A stretch of DNA of 64,000 bases from an uncultured Solirubrobacterales bacterium (GCA_963715445.1 OY970240.1:2008839-2072838), one strand, 5' to 3'; positions 1 to 10,151 are shown, counted from the stretch's first letter. The notes: generated from the sequence alone by a model not told the origin. Translations and numbers: made by a program.

Positions 1-1616
1 ACGATCTCGCCCTCGTAGCCCTGGGCGAGCTGGGCGATGAACGAGCGATCGATCTTGAGCGTGTCGACCGGGAAGCGCTGGAGGTGGGCGAGCGACGAGT
101 AGCCGGTGCCGAAGTCGTCAATCGCGATGCGCACGCCGAGGTCCTTGATCGATGCGAGCCGACGGGAAGTCTCCTCGGCGTTGCACATCAGCGTCGTCTC
201 GGTGATCTCGATCGTCAGCGCGGTCGGAACAAGCCCGCTCGATGCGAGCGCACCCTCGACGTGGGGCAGGAGATCGTCCGTATCGAGCTGGCGGCCGGAG
301 ACGTTGACGGCGATTCCGAGAGGGAAGCCGGCCGCATGCCATTCCGCAGTTTGGCGGCAGGCCTCTTCCAGCACCCACTTGCCGACCGCCACGATCATGC
401 CCGTCTCCTCGAGCAGTGGGATGAAGTCGTCGGGCTGGACGATGCCGCGAGTCGGGCTGTGCCAGCGGATCAGCGACTCGACGCCCGTGGGGGTCATGTC
501 GCGCAGGTCGAACGTCGGCTGGTACTCGAGGAAGAACTCCTCGTTGTCGAGCGCGCTCTGGAGGTCCATCTCGAGCTCCATGCGGCTTTGCACCACATCC
601 TCCATGCCGGACTCGAAGACGACATAGCGATTGCGGCCATCCCACTTGGCCCGGTACATCGCGATGTCGGCGTCGCGCAGGAGCTCGTCGGCTGAGGAGC
701 GATCGCCGGTGGCGATGCCGATGCTGGCCTTCATCGTCACGCGCGTTTCCTCTGCTCCCTCGAGCTCGAACGGCTCCTTGAGAGCCTCGAGCAGGCGCTC
801 GGCGATCAGCTCGGGTCCCGCCGACAGCGTCAGCCCGTCGGCGATGACCACGAACTCGTCGCCGCCGAGGCGGCCGAGCGCGTCGGTTCCGCGCACGACG
901 GCGCCGAGGCGGTTGGCGACCGAGCACAGCAGAACGTCGCCGATGGCGTGGCCGAGCGAGTCGTTGATGCTCTTGAAGTTGTCGAGGTCGATGAAGAGCG
1001 CCGCCACCGGGGCCTGGCTCACTCGCGAGCGGATCAGCATCTGCTCGATGCGGTCGCGGATCAACGTGCGGTTCGGCAGTCCCGTGAGCGCGTCGTGCGT
1101 AGCCAGGAACGCGAGCTCCTCCTGTCGCCGTGTCAGCTCCTCGTGAGCAAGCTGGCGCTCGCCCTCGAAGGACTCGCACATCCGCACGAGCGTGACGTCG
1201 AGGCTGCGCTGCAGCATCAGCAGCGACTGGTCGAGCGCGGCCGAGGGCAGCGAGAGCTCGCTCGCGCTCTGGCAGATGACATGCGCCGTCGCGTCGCGCC
1301 AGCGCAGGCACCGCTTGGTGACTTCGTTCAAAGGCGCGGCACGCTGTGCGGCGAGCTGGCCGAAGATGTGCCACGCCTCGCGACCGACTTCGCGTGCGAC
1401 GTCCTCGCCCTCGCCGGCCATCCAGCGCGCGATGGCAACCGTCGAGACGGCACTGACGCGTTCGAAGCTCTCTTCCACCACGGCGTCGAGCACCCGTCCC
1501 GACTCGGCCGAGAGCCTGACGGTCTCCGCGACGACGTCGACGGTCCGCGTGTTCAGCATCTCCCCAAGACGACGAAGGTCGTCCACCGCCGCGGGGACGA
1601 TCACAGGCGCTGTCAT
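1..1616 (-). CDS. GGDEF/EAL-domain signalling protein (diguanylate cyclase/phosphodiesterase); 3' end runs off the window
   Basis: Own translation of a minus frame absent from the ORF track because it is open at the window edge: MTAPVIVPAAVDDL..., ALTGLPNR, LGGDEFVV (GGDEF), EYQP..ESLIRW, IAIDDFGTGYSSLAHLQRFPVDTLKIDRSF (EAL fold). ATG is the complement of 1614-1616. Confidence 0.85.
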   Translation of the reverse strand, partial: MTAPVIVPAAVDDLRRLGEMLNTRTVDVVAETVRLSAESGRVLDAVVEESFERVSAVSTVAIARWMAGEGEDVAREVGREAWHIFGQLAAQRAAPLNEVTKRCLRWRDATAHVICQSASELSLPSAALDQSLLMLQRSLDVTLVRMCESFEGERQLAHEELTRRQEELAFLATHDALTGLPNRTLIRDRIEQMLIRSRVSQAPVAALFIDLDNFKSINDSLGHAIGDVLLCSVANRLGAVVRGTDALGRLGGDEFVVIADGLTLSAGPELIAERLLEALKEPFELEGAEETRVTMKASIGIATGDRSSADELLRDADIAMYRAKWDGRNRYVVFESGMEDVVQSRMELEMDLQSALDNEEFFLEYQPTFDLRDMTPTGVESLIRWHSPTRGIVQPDDFIPLLEETGMIVAVGKWVLEEACRQTAEWHAAGFPLGIAVNVSGRQLDTDDLLPHVEGALASSGLVPTALTIEITETTLMCNAEETSRRLASIKDLGVRIAIDDFGTGYSSLAHLQRFPVDTLKIDRSFIAQLAQGYEGEI

Positions 1617-1795
1617 CTGCTCCCCCCACGAGGAGCTCCTCCAATAGGCCAGCATCTGGCACCTATCGGAGGCGCGCCCGTCCACCTTTAGAATTGCCGC
1701 GTTCTTGCTAGAACATATGCAGGCCGGTCGAGGCGGCCTCGTCCTCAGGATCGGGGCTGACATCTACCCAACGAGGCCACTAACATCCGCTCCCT

Positions 1796-1869
1796 CGGGG
1801 CGTGGCGCAGCCTGGTAGCGCACTCGGCTGGGGGCCGAGCGGTCGCTGGTTCAAATCCAGTCGCCCCGA
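1796..1869 (+). tRNA. tRNA-Pro (anticodon GGG)
   Basis: Hand-folded cloverleaf: acceptor CGGGGCG/CGCCCCG, D stem GCGC/GCGC, anticodon stem CTCGG/CCGAG with loop CTGGGGG, T loop TTCAAAT, discriminator A. 74 nt, no encoded CCA. Confidence 0.85.
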
Positions 1870-1951
1870 TAAGTCTTCTCGAGGTTGCGCGGACTCGCCG
1901 CCTCGCCATAGAGTCCGCCGCTGCCCCGGCATCGAGATAGGGAGAGCGGAG

Positions 1952-3757
1952 ATGGCGAGCGTTGAGCAGGGAACGGCGAGTGCCGAGCAGGTCGGGGCCG
2001 CAAACGGCGTGAACGGATCCGGGGGCACGGCGGTCACAGCCGGCGACGGAGTCCTGTTCAACCCGCGGACCTATGACGGGGCGGGGCTCGACCCGGAGGC
2101 GCGGCGGCTGATGGTGGCGACGATCGAGTTCTTCGAGTCGCGCGGCAAGACGGTGCTCAAGGAGCACGACCGCGACAACGCCTGGTACTCGGACTTCCTC
2201 GAGTTCGTCGCTCGCGAGCGGGTGTTCGCGACCCTGCTGACCCCGGCGAGCGAGGCCGGGGACGATCCGAACAAGCGCTGGGACACCAAGCGGATCTGCG
2301 CCTTCAACGAGATCACCGGCTTCTACGGGCTCGCCTACTGGTACACCTGGCAGGTCTCGATCCTCGGCCTCGGGCCGATCTGGCAGAGCGAGAACCAGGC
2401 GGCGCGCCAGCGCGCGGCGGAACTGCTCGAGCAGGGCTCGATCTTCGCCTTCGGCCTCTCCGAGAAGGAGCACGGCGCCGACATCTACTCGACGGACATG
2501 GTGCTCACCCCCGAGGGTGACGGCTTCCGCGCCAGCGGCGGCAAGTACTACATCGGCAACGGCAACAAGGCCGGCATGGTGTCGGTCTTCGGCCGCCGCG
2601 TCGACATCGACGGCCCCGAGGGCTACGTCTTCTTCGCCGCCGACAGCCAGCACCCGCAGTACAAGCTGATCAAGAACGTCGTCAACTCCCAGTCCTACGT
2701 CAGCCAGTTCGAGCTCGAGGACTACCCGGTGCGCGCGGAGGACGTGCTGCACACCGGCCCGGCCGCCTTCGACGCGGCGCTCAACACCGTCAACGTCGGC
2801 AAGTTCAACCTCGGCTTCGCATCGATCGGGATCAGCGAGCACGCGTTCTACGAGGCGATCACCCACGCCGACGCGCGCGTCCTCTACGGGATGAAGGTCA
2901 CGGACTTCCCGCATGTCCGCCAGGCGTTCACCGATGCCTACTCCCGCCTCGTGGCGATGAAGCTGTTCGCCGACCGCGCGATCGACTACATGCGCTCGGC
3001 CGGCCCCGAGGACCGCCGCTATCTGCTGTTCGACCCGATCACCAAGATGAAGGTGACCACCGAGGGCGAGAAGGTGATCGACCTGATCTGGGACGTGGTC
3101 GCCGCCAAGGGCTTCGAGAAGGACATGTACTTCGAGATGGCCGCGCGCGACATCAGGGCGCTGCCGAAGCTCGAGGGCACCGTCCACGTGAACATGGCGC
3201 TCGTCCTGAAGTTCATGGCGGCCTACCTGTTCGACCCAGCCGAGTACGACGCGGTGCCCAAGCGGGACGATCCGGCCGACGACGACTTCCTCTTCCGTCA
3301 GGGCCCCGCCCGCGGGCTCGGGAAGATCCGCTTCCACGACTGGCGGGCCGTCTACGGACGCTTTGCCCATGTCTCGAACGTCGTGCTCTTCACCGAGCTG
3401 GCGGACGCGTTCAAGGTCCTCCTGGCGACTGCGCCGCCGACCGAGGAGCAGATCAAGGATCCGGACTTCATGCTCGCTCTCGGTGAGCTGTTCACGCTGA
3501 TCGTCTACGGGCAGCTGATCCTCGAGCAGGCCGAGCTGAGCGGGCTCGCCACCGACACCGTCGATCAGATCTTCGACGTGCTGGTGCGCGACTACTCCGC
3601 CTACGCGGTGTCGATCCACGGCCGCTCGTCCTCGACCGACGGCCAGCAGCAGTGGGTGGTCGAGAACATCCGCAAGCCGGTGGTCGATTCGGAGCGCTTC
3701 GAGAGCGTGTGGGGGAAGGCCCGTGCGCTCGCCGGCACCTACGAGATGCGCCCGTAG
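1952..3757 (+). CDS. Acyl-CoA dehydrogenase family protein (long, about 600 aa, AidB/FadE-like)
   Basis: Frame of ORF 1802..3757, trimmed because that ORF overlaps the tRNA. ATG at 1952 follows GGGAGAGCGGAG. Motifs GLSEKEHGADIYSTDM and GGKYYIGNGN are typical of ACAD-like proteins. Confidence 0.7.
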   Translation: MASVEQGTASAEQVGAANGVNGSGGTAVTAGDGVLFNPRTYDGAGLDPEARRLMVATIEFFESRGKTVLKEHDRDNAWYSDFLEFVARERVFATLLTPASEAGDDPNKRWDTKRICAFNEITGFYGLAYWYTWQVSILGLGPIWQSENQAARQRAAELLEQGSIFAFGLSEKEHGADIYSTDMVLTPEGDGFRASGGKYYIGNGNKAGMVSVFGRRVDIDGPEGYVFFAADSQHPQYKLIKNVVNSQSYVSQFELEDYPVRAEDVLHTGPAAFDAALNTVNVGKFNLGFASIGISEHAFYEAITHADARVLYGMKVTDFPHVRQAFTDAYSRLVAMKLFADRAIDYMRSAGPEDRRYLLFDPITKMKVTTEGEKVIDLIWDVVAAKGFEKDMYFEMAARDIRALPKLEGTVHVNMALVLKFMAAYLFDPAEYDAVPKRDDPADDDFLFRQGPARGLGKIRFHDWRAVYGRFAHVSNVVLFTELADAFKVLLATAPPTEEQIKDPDFMLALGELFTLIVYGQLILEQAELSGLATDTVDQIFDVLVRDYSAYAVSIHGRSSSTDGQQQWVVENIRKPVVDSERFESVWGKARALAGTYEMRP

Positions 3758-3803
3758 CCGCCTAGCTGTCTAGTCGCCGAGGGCGGCTGGGTGGTGTCAG
3801 GCG

Positions 3804-4442
3804 CTACGCAGCGCGCGGCGTGCCGAGGGCGCGTGCGTTCCAGGTTCGCTCGACCTGGCGCATGAGGGCCGGGTAGACGATCAAGTACCGGAAGGGCTTG
3901 ATGAGCGCCATGTAGCCCTTCCCGAACGCACCGCGCGGCTTGACGTAGACGGCCATCTGCCCCTGGTAGCGGCCTTCGCCCTGATCGACCCAGGCGAGGT
4001 GCATCACGCCGTGCATGGTCTGGTTGGAGACCTCGGCGGCGAACTCGACGTCGGTGCGAAAGAGGTTCACGAAGGGGAGGGAGGCGAACTCCAGGTCCGC
4101 CGCCGTGTCGCGCAGATCATCTGGCAGGCGGCCGACCAGCGAGGTCTCGCTCGTGCCGGGGATGGGCGGCTTGCCTTTGCCGCTGTCGTCGCTGTTCGCC
4201 GGGGCCGAGATCCTGCCGAGGTCGAGCAGGCTGCCAAGGCGGTCGCGGACACGCCACAGGGCACGCGTGGGGAGGGAGTCCGCGTTGGCCGGATCGGAGG
4301 AGGCCATCAGCTCGAGCAGCGCTTGGAAGTCCTCCGCGCCGCCGTGAACGGGAAGCTCCCATACGTCTTCCAGGGTGAAGTCCCCAGTGATCTCGCGAAC
4401 GCGCCATGGGCGAGATTCGTGCACTGCGTTCGGAAGCCTCAC
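3804..4442 (-). CDS. DUF2867-like protein
   Basis: C-terminal part of ORF 3804..4628 (ITGDFTLEDVWELPV..., MHLAWVDQGEGRYQGQMAVYVKPRGAFGKGYMALIKPFRYLIVYP). Start uncertain; in-frame GTG at 4442 chosen so the gene does not run through the divergent TetR promoter. Confidence 0.55.
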   Translation of the reverse strand: MRLPNAVHESRPWRVREITGDFTLEDVWELPVHGGAEDFQALLELMASSDPANADSLPTRALWRVRDRLGSLLDLGRISAPANSDDSGKGKPPIPGTSETSLVGRLPDDLRDTAADLEFASLPFVNLFRTDVEFAAEVSNQTMHGVMHLAWVDQGEGRYQGQMAVYVKPRGAFGKGYMALIKPFRYLIVYPALMRQVERTWNARALGTPRAA

Positions 4443-4453
4443 GCCGATCTCCA

Positions 4454-4475
4454 ATCCATACGTTGTCGTATGGAT
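4454..4475. promoter_or_regulatory. Perfect palindrome ATCCATACG-TTGT-CGTATGGAT, candidate TetR operator
   Basis: 9-bp perfect inverted arms in the 77-bp divergent intergenic region between the DUF2867 and TetR genes. Confidence 0.5.
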
Positions 4476-4501
4476 GCTAGGGCGGCCACTTGCGCTTGTC
4501 A

Positions 4502-4515
4502 ATACGGTGCCGTAT
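4502..4515. promoter_or_regulatory. Second palindrome ATACGG-TG-CCGTAT sharing the ATACG/CGTAT core
   Basis: 6-bp perfect inverted arms ending 5 nt before the TetR ATG. Same half-site core as 4454..4475. Confidence 0.4.
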
Positions 4516-4519
4516 AGAT

Positions 4520-5080
4520 ATGCCGGTGGCCAATGTCCGGACTCCACGCGGCGCTTGGGTAGATGCGGCGCTGCAGGCTCTGGCTGCGGGAGGCCCGGAA
4601 GCCATCCGGGTCGAGGCGCTTGCCACATCCCTGGGAGTGTCCAAGGGCGGCTTCTACTGGCACTTCGCGGATCGCCGGGCGCTGCTCGAGGAGATGCTCG
4701 ACAGCTGGGAGAAGGCCGTGGTCGAGGACGTGATCGCCGACGTCGAGAGTCAGCCTGCGGACCCGCGAGGCAAGATGCAGCAGCTCTTCGAGCTGGCCCA
4801 GTCCGTCGACTTCGCCGTGGAGCTGGCGATCAGGGACTGGTCGCGCCGTGACAAGGAGGTCGCCGAGCGCGTACGCCGGATCGATGGCCAGCGCATGGAG
4901 TACCTGCGCTCTCTGTTCCGGCAGCTCGACCTGGACGAGGACGACGTCGAGGTCCGCAGCATGCTCGTCATGTCGCTCTTCGTCGGGAGCTACTTCATCG
5001 CGACGCGGCACAAGGGCAGGACCCGCTCCCAGGTGCTGGAGCTGGCCGTCGATCGGCTGTTCAGCGAGTCGTGGAGCTGA
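4520..5080 (+). CDS. TetR/AcrR family transcriptional regulator
   Basis: MPVANVRTPRGAWVDAALQALAAGGPEAIRVEALATSLGVSKGGFYWHFADRRALLEEML is a TetR HTH signature. ATG at 4520 in the frame of ORF 4490..5080. Confidence 0.85.
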   Translation: MPVANVRTPRGAWVDAALQALAAGGPEAIRVEALATSLGVSKGGFYWHFADRRALLEEMLDSWEKAVVEDVIADVESQPADPRGKMQQLFELAQSVDFAVELAIRDWSRRDKEVAERVRRIDGQRMEYLRSLFRQLDLDEDDVEVRSMLVMSLFVGSYFIATRHKGRTRSQVLELAVDRLFSESWS

Positions 5081-5488
5081 GTGAGCCCTCGAGAGCGTCC
5101 CGTGCTCGTCTTCGACGGAGACTGCGCCTTCTGCACCAGCAGCGTGCGTGTCCTGGAGAGGATCGGTCCGGATGCGGAGATCGTCGCGTGGCAGCTCGCC
5201 GATCTGGCCGAGCTGGGGATCACCGAGCAGCAGGCGCGCGATGCCGTGCAGCTGGTTCAGATCGACGGCACGGTCCGCTCGGGGCACGAGGCGATCGCTG
5301 CGCTGCTGAGTACCGCCGGGCGGGTTTGGAAGATCCTCGGCCACATGCTCCTGCTGCCGGGGATCTCATGGGCGGCGGCGAAGGTCTACCGGCTGGTTGC
5401 GGACAACCGGTACCGGCTGCCCGGAGGCACGCCTGCCTGCGCGGTTCCGCTCAGGCCGGATCGAGAGGACTGCAGACCACGACGTTGA
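5081..5488 (+). CDS. DCC1-like thiol-disulfide oxidoreductase (DUF393)
   Basis: VLVFDGDCAFCTSSVRVLERI (FDGxCxxC motif). GTG start directly abuts the TetR stop. Confidence 0.75.
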   Translation: MSPRERPVLVFDGDCAFCTSSVRVLERIGPDAEIVAWQLADLAELGITEQQARDAVQLVQIDGTVRSGHEAIAALLSTAGRVWKILGHMLLLPGISWAAAKVYRLVADNRYRLPGGTPACAVPLRPDREDCRPRR

Positions 5489-5954
5489 TCGTCCGGTCGG
5501 CGATCTCCTCGTAGCGCTTGTACGCGCGGGTGAACTGCTTGGCCGTCTCCCACAGGCGGTCGCGCTCCTCGCCCTCGGCGATCCGCGCTCGGTAGGCGCC
5601 CTCGCGTCCGCGGGCGCGCAGGCGAACGTCGGGATTCGCCTTGACGTTGTAGAACCAGGCCGGGTGGCGCTCGCCGCCGTAGTTCGAGGCCATCAGGACC
5701 ACGTTCTCGCCGTCCGAGAAGTAGAGCAGCGGCGAGGTCCGCTGCTTGCCCGAGCGCGCGCCGGTGTGGGTGAGGAAGACGGTTGGCAGCGGCAGGGAGG
5801 TGAGGCGGCCGCCGGTGAAGCGGTTGAAGGCCGCGTCGACAGGAGGCGAGATGTTCTTGACGTACCAGGTGCCCACCGGCGATATCGCGATCGGCTCGAG
5901 GAAGCGCTTCCTGATCCGGCGTGGCTTGGTGGGGTCAACGGGGCGGATTCGCAT
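5451..5954 (-). CDS. Deazaflavin (F420)-dependent nitroreductase family protein (DDN-like)
   Basis: TGARSGKQRTSPLLYFSDGENVVLMASNYGGERHPAWFYNVKANPDVRL is a typical PF04075-type signature. Confidence 0.8.
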   Translation of the reverse strand: MRIRPVDPTKPRRIRKRFLEPIAISPVGTWYVKNISPPVDAAFNRFTGGRLTSLPLPTVFLTHTGARSGKQRTSPLLYFSDGENVVLMASNYGGERHPAWFYNVKANPDVRLRARGREGAYRARIAEGEERDRLWETAKQFTRAYKRYEEIADRTINVVVCSPLDPA

Positions 5955-5969
5955 CGCGCGACCCTACCC

Positions 5970-6665
5970 TCAGTCCTCGTCGGCGTGCAACAGCGAGGCC
6001 GCCTTGTGCAGCTCGCGCAGCCGGAAGTAGAGGAGCGCCGCGACCAGGGCGGAGAGGGGAGCGGTGATCGTGGTGCCGATCGCGTCGCAGACGACCCGTG
6101 CCACCGTGCTGTCCCCGAGCCCGGCGGCCAGCGCGGCGAATGCGATCCAGACCACGAACGAGATCGCCAGCACCATGAGGACCACACCGAACACCTGCCA
6201 GCCGTAGCCGCGCACGAGCTCGCGCGAGCGGGTGAGGGACTCGAGCGCGGCCTTGCGCTCGACGACGATCACGGGGGCCACAACAGCCCAGATCGTCGCC
6301 AGGAACAGGGCCGGGATCACCACGAGGGCGATCCCCACGAGGAGTCCGAAGCCGATCAGGATCCCCGCGAGGATCAGCTGCCCGCTGAACGGCATCGTCG
6401 CTCCTACGAGGCTGCCCGCGGATACGCCTTCGGGCTCATCCTCGGCCTTGTTCAGCAGCGCGACGGTCATCCCCTGGAAGAAGGTGGTGGCGATCACCCT
6501 CACCATCGCGGTCACCAGCAGGAAGGCGGACCCCGCCGAGAGGGCGCTGAGCACCGCGACCACGAGGAAGACGCCGAACGCGGCGGGCAGCAGGACGCGG
6601 TACCGCGCCGCGTAGATGACGAACGCCTTGCTGAGGGTGTCACCCACCTCGAGCTTGTCCGTCAT
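5970..6665 (-). CDS. Integral membrane protein, function unknown
   Basis: 231-aa ORF with several long hydrophobic segments and ordinary amino-acid composition, unlike the Arg-rich shadow frames. Confidence 0.6.
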   Translation of the reverse strand: MTDKLEVGDTLSKAFVIYAARYRVLLPAAFGVFLVVAVLSALSAGSAFLLVTAMVRVIATTFFQGMTVALLNKAEDEPEGVSAGSLVGATMPFSGQLILAGILIGFGLLVGIALVVIPALFLATIWAVVAPVIVVERKAALESLTRSRELVRGYGWQVFGVVLMVLAISFVVWIAFAALAAGLGDSTVARVVCDAIGTTITAPLSALVAALLYFRLRELHKAASLLHADED

Positions 6666-6723
6666 GCGTTCAATTTAGCCGGGGCCGCGGGGCGCTCGGC
6701 AGCGGGGAGGGTCCTGGGCGGCG

Positions 6724-7500
6724 CTAAGCCTCGATCAGCGCCTGGGCGAGCATCGCCGTGCCCGCCACGATCAGCATGAAGCCGATTGCTCGCAGCAGCG
6801 CCTGCTCGGAGAGGCGCCCGGTGAACCTGGCGCCGAGCAGCGCTCCCGGCACGGACGCGGCGGAGCCGAGCGCGAGGATGCCCCAGTCCACTCCCGCGGG
6901 TGCGTGCCCGATCACGCCGGCCACGCCCACGCAGGCGCCCACGGTGATGTTCGTGCCCACGGCGCGCTGCACGCTCTCGCCGACGTAGCGCAGCAGCGCG
7001 GGCATCCTCAGGGCGCCGAGGATCATGCCGACGAGCCCTCCGAGCACGCCGATCGCGGCGCCGGAGATCACTGCCGCCCGGATGTCCAGCTCTCCGGGCT
7101 CGCGCGCTGAGCGGCCTGGGGTATGGGTGGCGCGCCGCGGCCGCACGAGGTCGACACCGAAGTAGAGGAGCGTCACGGCGATCACCACGAGCAGCGCCGT
7201 GTCCGGCACCTGGCCGCTCGCATACCCGCCGATGAGCGCGCCCACCATGGACGGCGGCGCCATCCAGGCGAACAGCCGCCAGTTGATCCGGCCGGCGCGG
7301 ATGTGTGCGATGGACGCGGCGGCCGCCGCCACGCCCGAGATGCCGATGTTCGCTCCGGCGCCGGCGGCCGGGCTGGAGGCAATCGCCACCACTGCCGGGA
7401 GGCGGATGTTGCCGAGCACGAGGCCGACGAGGCCACCCGCCGTGGCTACGGCGAAGCACCAAGCCAGGACGGCGATGAGCGCGAGCGGGTCCGAGGTCAT
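6724..7500 (-). CDS. TauE/SafE family sulfite/anion exporter
   Basis: 258 aa, polytopic. GGLVGLVLGNIRLPAVV and GALRMPALL repeat halves are typical of TauE/SafE. Confidence 0.7.
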   Translation of the reverse strand: MTSDPLALIAVLAWCFAVATAGGLVGLVLGNIRLPAVVAIASSPAAGAGANIGISGVAAAAASIAHIRAGRINWRLFAWMAPPSMVGALIGGYASGQVPDTALLVVIAVTLLYFGVDLVRPRRATHTPGRSAREPGELDIRAAVISGAAIGVLGGLVGMILGALRMPALLRYVGESVQRAVGTNITVGACVGVAGVIGHAPAGVDWGILALGSAASVPGALLGARFTGRLSEQALLRAIGFMLIVAGTAMLAQALIEA

Positions 7501-7513
7501 CGCGCCTGTCCGC

Positions 7514-8665
7514 TCAGTGGGAGTGCCCGTGGTGCTCGACGGTCGCGAGCTCCTCGGCGGACATGCGCACCGCGAGGAGGGCGGCCAGCGCCGTGGTTAT
7601 CGGCACCGCCGCGATCAGCCCGATCGAGCCGACCAGGGTCGCGACGATCTCCTTGGCGATGATCTCCAGGTTCACCGCCTCGAAGAAGCCGATCTGGCTC
7701 GAGCTGAAGATCAGCAGCAGCGGCAGGGAGGCTCCTACGTAGGCGAGCACCAGGGTGTTCACGGTCGCGCTCACGTGGTCGCGGCCCACGTCCATCGCCC
7801 TCGAGAACAGCTGGCGGAAGCCCTGCGTGGGGTCGGCGGCGCGCAGCGCCAGCACGGTGGAGGACTGGCTCACCGTCACGTCGTCGAGGACGCCCAGCGC
7901 CGCGACGATCATCCCGGCGAGCAGCAGCCCGTTGAGCGACACACCGCTGTCGTTGATCTGCAGGAAGGTCGCCTCCTCGCTGGCGAGGCCCGTGAGGTGC
8001 GCCAGGTCGGTGAACAGCACGGCCAGGCCAACGGTCACCACCAGCGCGCCCGCGGTGCCGAGGATCGCGGCCATGCTCTTGGGGCCGGTCCCGTGGGCGA
8101 GCAGGATCGTCGTGAGCATCACCGCGACAGAGCCCACAACCGCCACTGCCAGCGCGCTCTCGCCGGTGAGGATCGCCGGGATCATGAAGGCGAGCACCAC
8201 CACCAGGCTGATCCCGAGGCCGATCAGCGAGAGCGCTCCGCGCGCCCTACCGAACAGCACCACCAGCACCGCGAACATCAGGGCCAGCACCAGCATCGGG
8301 CCCTTGCGGTTGAAGTCCGAGATCGAGTACTCCCGCCCGGGCACCGGATCTGCGCCCGGCGGCACGACGTTCCTCACCACCTGCAGCTCGTCGCCCTTGG
8401 AGACCTCAGGATCCGAGACGCCGTTGTCCAGCACGAGCTCCTTCTCCTTGCCGCTGTTCTCGCCGCTCTCGAGGCGGATCCGCACCTGGCGGCAGGTGCT
8501 CGTCTGGAATCCGGAGCAGGCGTACTCGTCCACGGACAGCACGGTCGCGTCGTCCGAGCTGGTGACGATCGCCTCGCCGACCTTCGTGTCCACATCACCC
8601 GGCCAGAGGACGATCATCCCCGCGATGGTCGCGAGGCCGAGCACGACGACGAGCGCCGCGAACAA
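7514..8665 (-). CDS. YibE/F family membrane protein
   Basis: N-terminal TM plus extracytoplasmic domain, then a polytopic region: [15 protein letters not shown]..., [25 protein letters not shown]. Confidence 0.7.
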   Translation of the reverse strand: MFAALVVVLGLATIAGMIVLWPGDVDTKVGEAIVTSSDDATVLSVDEYACSGFQTSTCRQVRIRLESGENSGKEKELVLDNGVSDPEVSKGDELQVVRNVVPPGADPVPGREYSISDFNRKGPMLVLALMFAVLVVLFGRARGALSLIGLGISLVVVLAFMIPAILTGESALAVAVVGSVAVMLTTILLAHGTGPKSMAAILGTAGALVVTVGLAVLFTDLAHLTGLASEEATFLQINDSGVSLNGLLLAGMIVAALGVLDDVTVSQSSTVLALRAADPTQGFRQLFSRAMDVGRDHVSATVNTLVLAYVGASLPLLLIFSSSQIGFFEAVNLEIIAKEIVATLVGSIGLIAAVPITTALAALLAVRMSAEELATVEHHGHSH

Positions 8666-8795
8666 CCTGGTGATTCCGCCCTGGCCGATGGGCGAATGGA
8701 ATCAGGGGCGAGGGACGAGTGCGGCGAGGCTCGTGACCGCTCTCGGGCGTGCCGAACCGACGTTCTGGCGGCATCTCTGTCACCCTTACCGGCCG

Positions 8796-9113
8796 ATGGC
8801 CCGCACCACCACCAGCAACGACAAGCGCCGCGGCAAGCCCGGACTCAAGGGCGAGGCGCGCCGCTACTCGAAGCTTCCGCGCGAAGAGATCGAGAAGATC
8901 GACTACAAGAACATCGCGTTGCTGCAGCGGTTCATCACCGAGCGGGGCAAGATCCGCTCACGCCGCGTCACCGGCCTGAGCCGGCGCGACCAGTCGAAGA
9001 TGGCGCGTGCGGTAAAGCGCGCTCGCGAAGTGGGCCTGCTGCCCTACGTGGACCTCACCAAGGGCCTCGAGCGCCCTGGTGGCCGCGGCGGCCGCTCCCG
9101 CGACCGCGACTAG
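8796..9113 (+). CDS. rpsR: 30S ribosomal protein S18 (stand-alone copy, no Cys)
   Basis: [58 protein letters not shown] at 8796 in the frame of the long shadow ORF 7755..9113. Confidence 0.85.
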   Translation: MARTTTSNDKRRGKPGLKGEARRYSKLPREEIEKIDYKNIALLQRFITERGKIRSRRVTGLSRRDQSKMARAVKRAREVGLLPYVDLTKGLERPGGRGGRSRDRD

Positions 9114-10042
9114 CTTCCGCTCTCCGTAGGCCTCTCCAGCCGTATCGGCGGCTGGCTCTCGTGGGCGTGGTCCACCTGGATCGTCGTGTGGTCGATCCCG
9201 AAGCGCTCGTGCAGCATCGCCTCTAGCTCTCGGCGGCGCTGGTGGCAGTCGTCGTTCGGCGCCACGAGGACGTGCGCCGTCAGCGCGGGAAACCCGGAGG
9301 TGACCTCCCATACGTGCAGCTCGTGCACGCTCACCACACCGGGCTCGGCGGCGAGCGCCGACGCCACGGCCTGGGGCTCCATGTCGCGCGGCGCGGCTTC
9401 GAGCAGGATCCGGCCGGAATCGCGCAGCAGCCCCCAGCCGGCTCGGACCATCAGGCCGGCCACGGCCAGCGCTGCCAGCCCGTCCGCCTCGTAGAAGTCG
9501 GTCAGGAGCACTACGGCGCCGGCGACAGCGGTGCCGATGAAGGCGAAGAGGTCGGTCACGATGTGCTGGAAGGCGCCCTCCACGTTGAGGCTGCGGCGAT
9601 CCGCGCCGGCCAGGACCCACGTGGCGATCAGGTTCACGGCCACTCCCACGAGTGCCACAACGAGCACCAGCCCGCCTTCCACCACCGGCGGGTCGAAGAG
9701 CCGCCGCACGGCCTCGAAGCCGATCACCGCGGCCAGCGCCAGCAGCGTCGCGCCGTTGACCTGGGCAGAGAGGATCTCCGCGCGGCGCAGGCCATAGGTG
9801 TAGCCGCCCTTCGGCGGGCGAGCGGCGAGTCGGGCGGCGCCGAGCGCCAGCGCGATGGCGGCGGCGTCGGTGAGCATGTGGGCGGCGTCGGAGAGCAGCG
9901 CAAGCGATCCCGCGACGATCCCCGCCACCACCTCGCCGGCCATCAGGGCGAGGATCAGGGCGAGGGCCACCTGAAGGCGGGTGTGGTCCGCCTCGCTGGT
10001 GGGCGGGCCGTGGGGGTGGGCGTGGGAGTGCTGGTGGCTCAT
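9110..10042 (-). CDS. Cation diffusion facilitator (CzcD/ZitB-type Zn/Co/Cd exporter)
   Basis: His-rich N-terminus [41 protein letters not shown]-terminal VHELHVWEV. Start trimmed to the ATG at 10042. Confidence 0.85.
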   Translation of the reverse strand: MSHQHSHAHPHGPPTSEADHTRLQVALALILALMAGEVVAGIVAGSLALLSDAAHMLTDAAAIALALGAARLAARPPKGGYTYGLRRAEILSAQVNGATLLALAAVIGFEAVRRLFDPPVVEGGLVLVVALVGVAVNLIATWVLAGADRRSLNVEGAFQHIVTDLFAFIGTAVAGAVVLLTDFYEADGLAALAVAGLMVRAGWGLLRDSGRILLEAAPRDMEPQAVASALAAEPGVVSVHELHVWEVTSGFPALTAHVLVAPNDDCHQRRRELEAMLHERFGIDHTTIQVDHAHESQPPIRLERPTESGS

Positions 10043-10151
10043 GCGGGGGTTCGCTGGGCCCACGGGTTGCGCGAGCCAACCTGAGCCTATGTGGGCGTGC
10101 AAGTGATCGAGACTCATTCCCGGGAAGGGGGAGGGCGCTTCTGGGTACAAG

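Noticed and set aside
118-1662. 514-aa minus-strand ORF in the track covering the first 1.6 kb
   Set aside because: Extremely Arg/Ala/Gly-rich composition, typical of an off-frame reading of high-GC coding DNA. The adjacent minus frame gives a clean GGDEF/EAL protein, so that frame was called instead.
5451-5488. 38-bp convergent overlap of the DCC1-like and F420-nitroreductase genes as a possible annotation problem or antisense regulation
   Set aside because: Both 3' ends are fixed by stop codons and both proteins carry their family motifs well upstream. Short convergent overlaps are common in compact high-GC genomes. It is not interesting enough to report.
8666-8795. Zur box upstream of the stand-alone rpsR
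   Set aside because: No AT-rich 7-1-7 palindrome or anything resembling TGAAAATGATTTTCA was found in this spacer.
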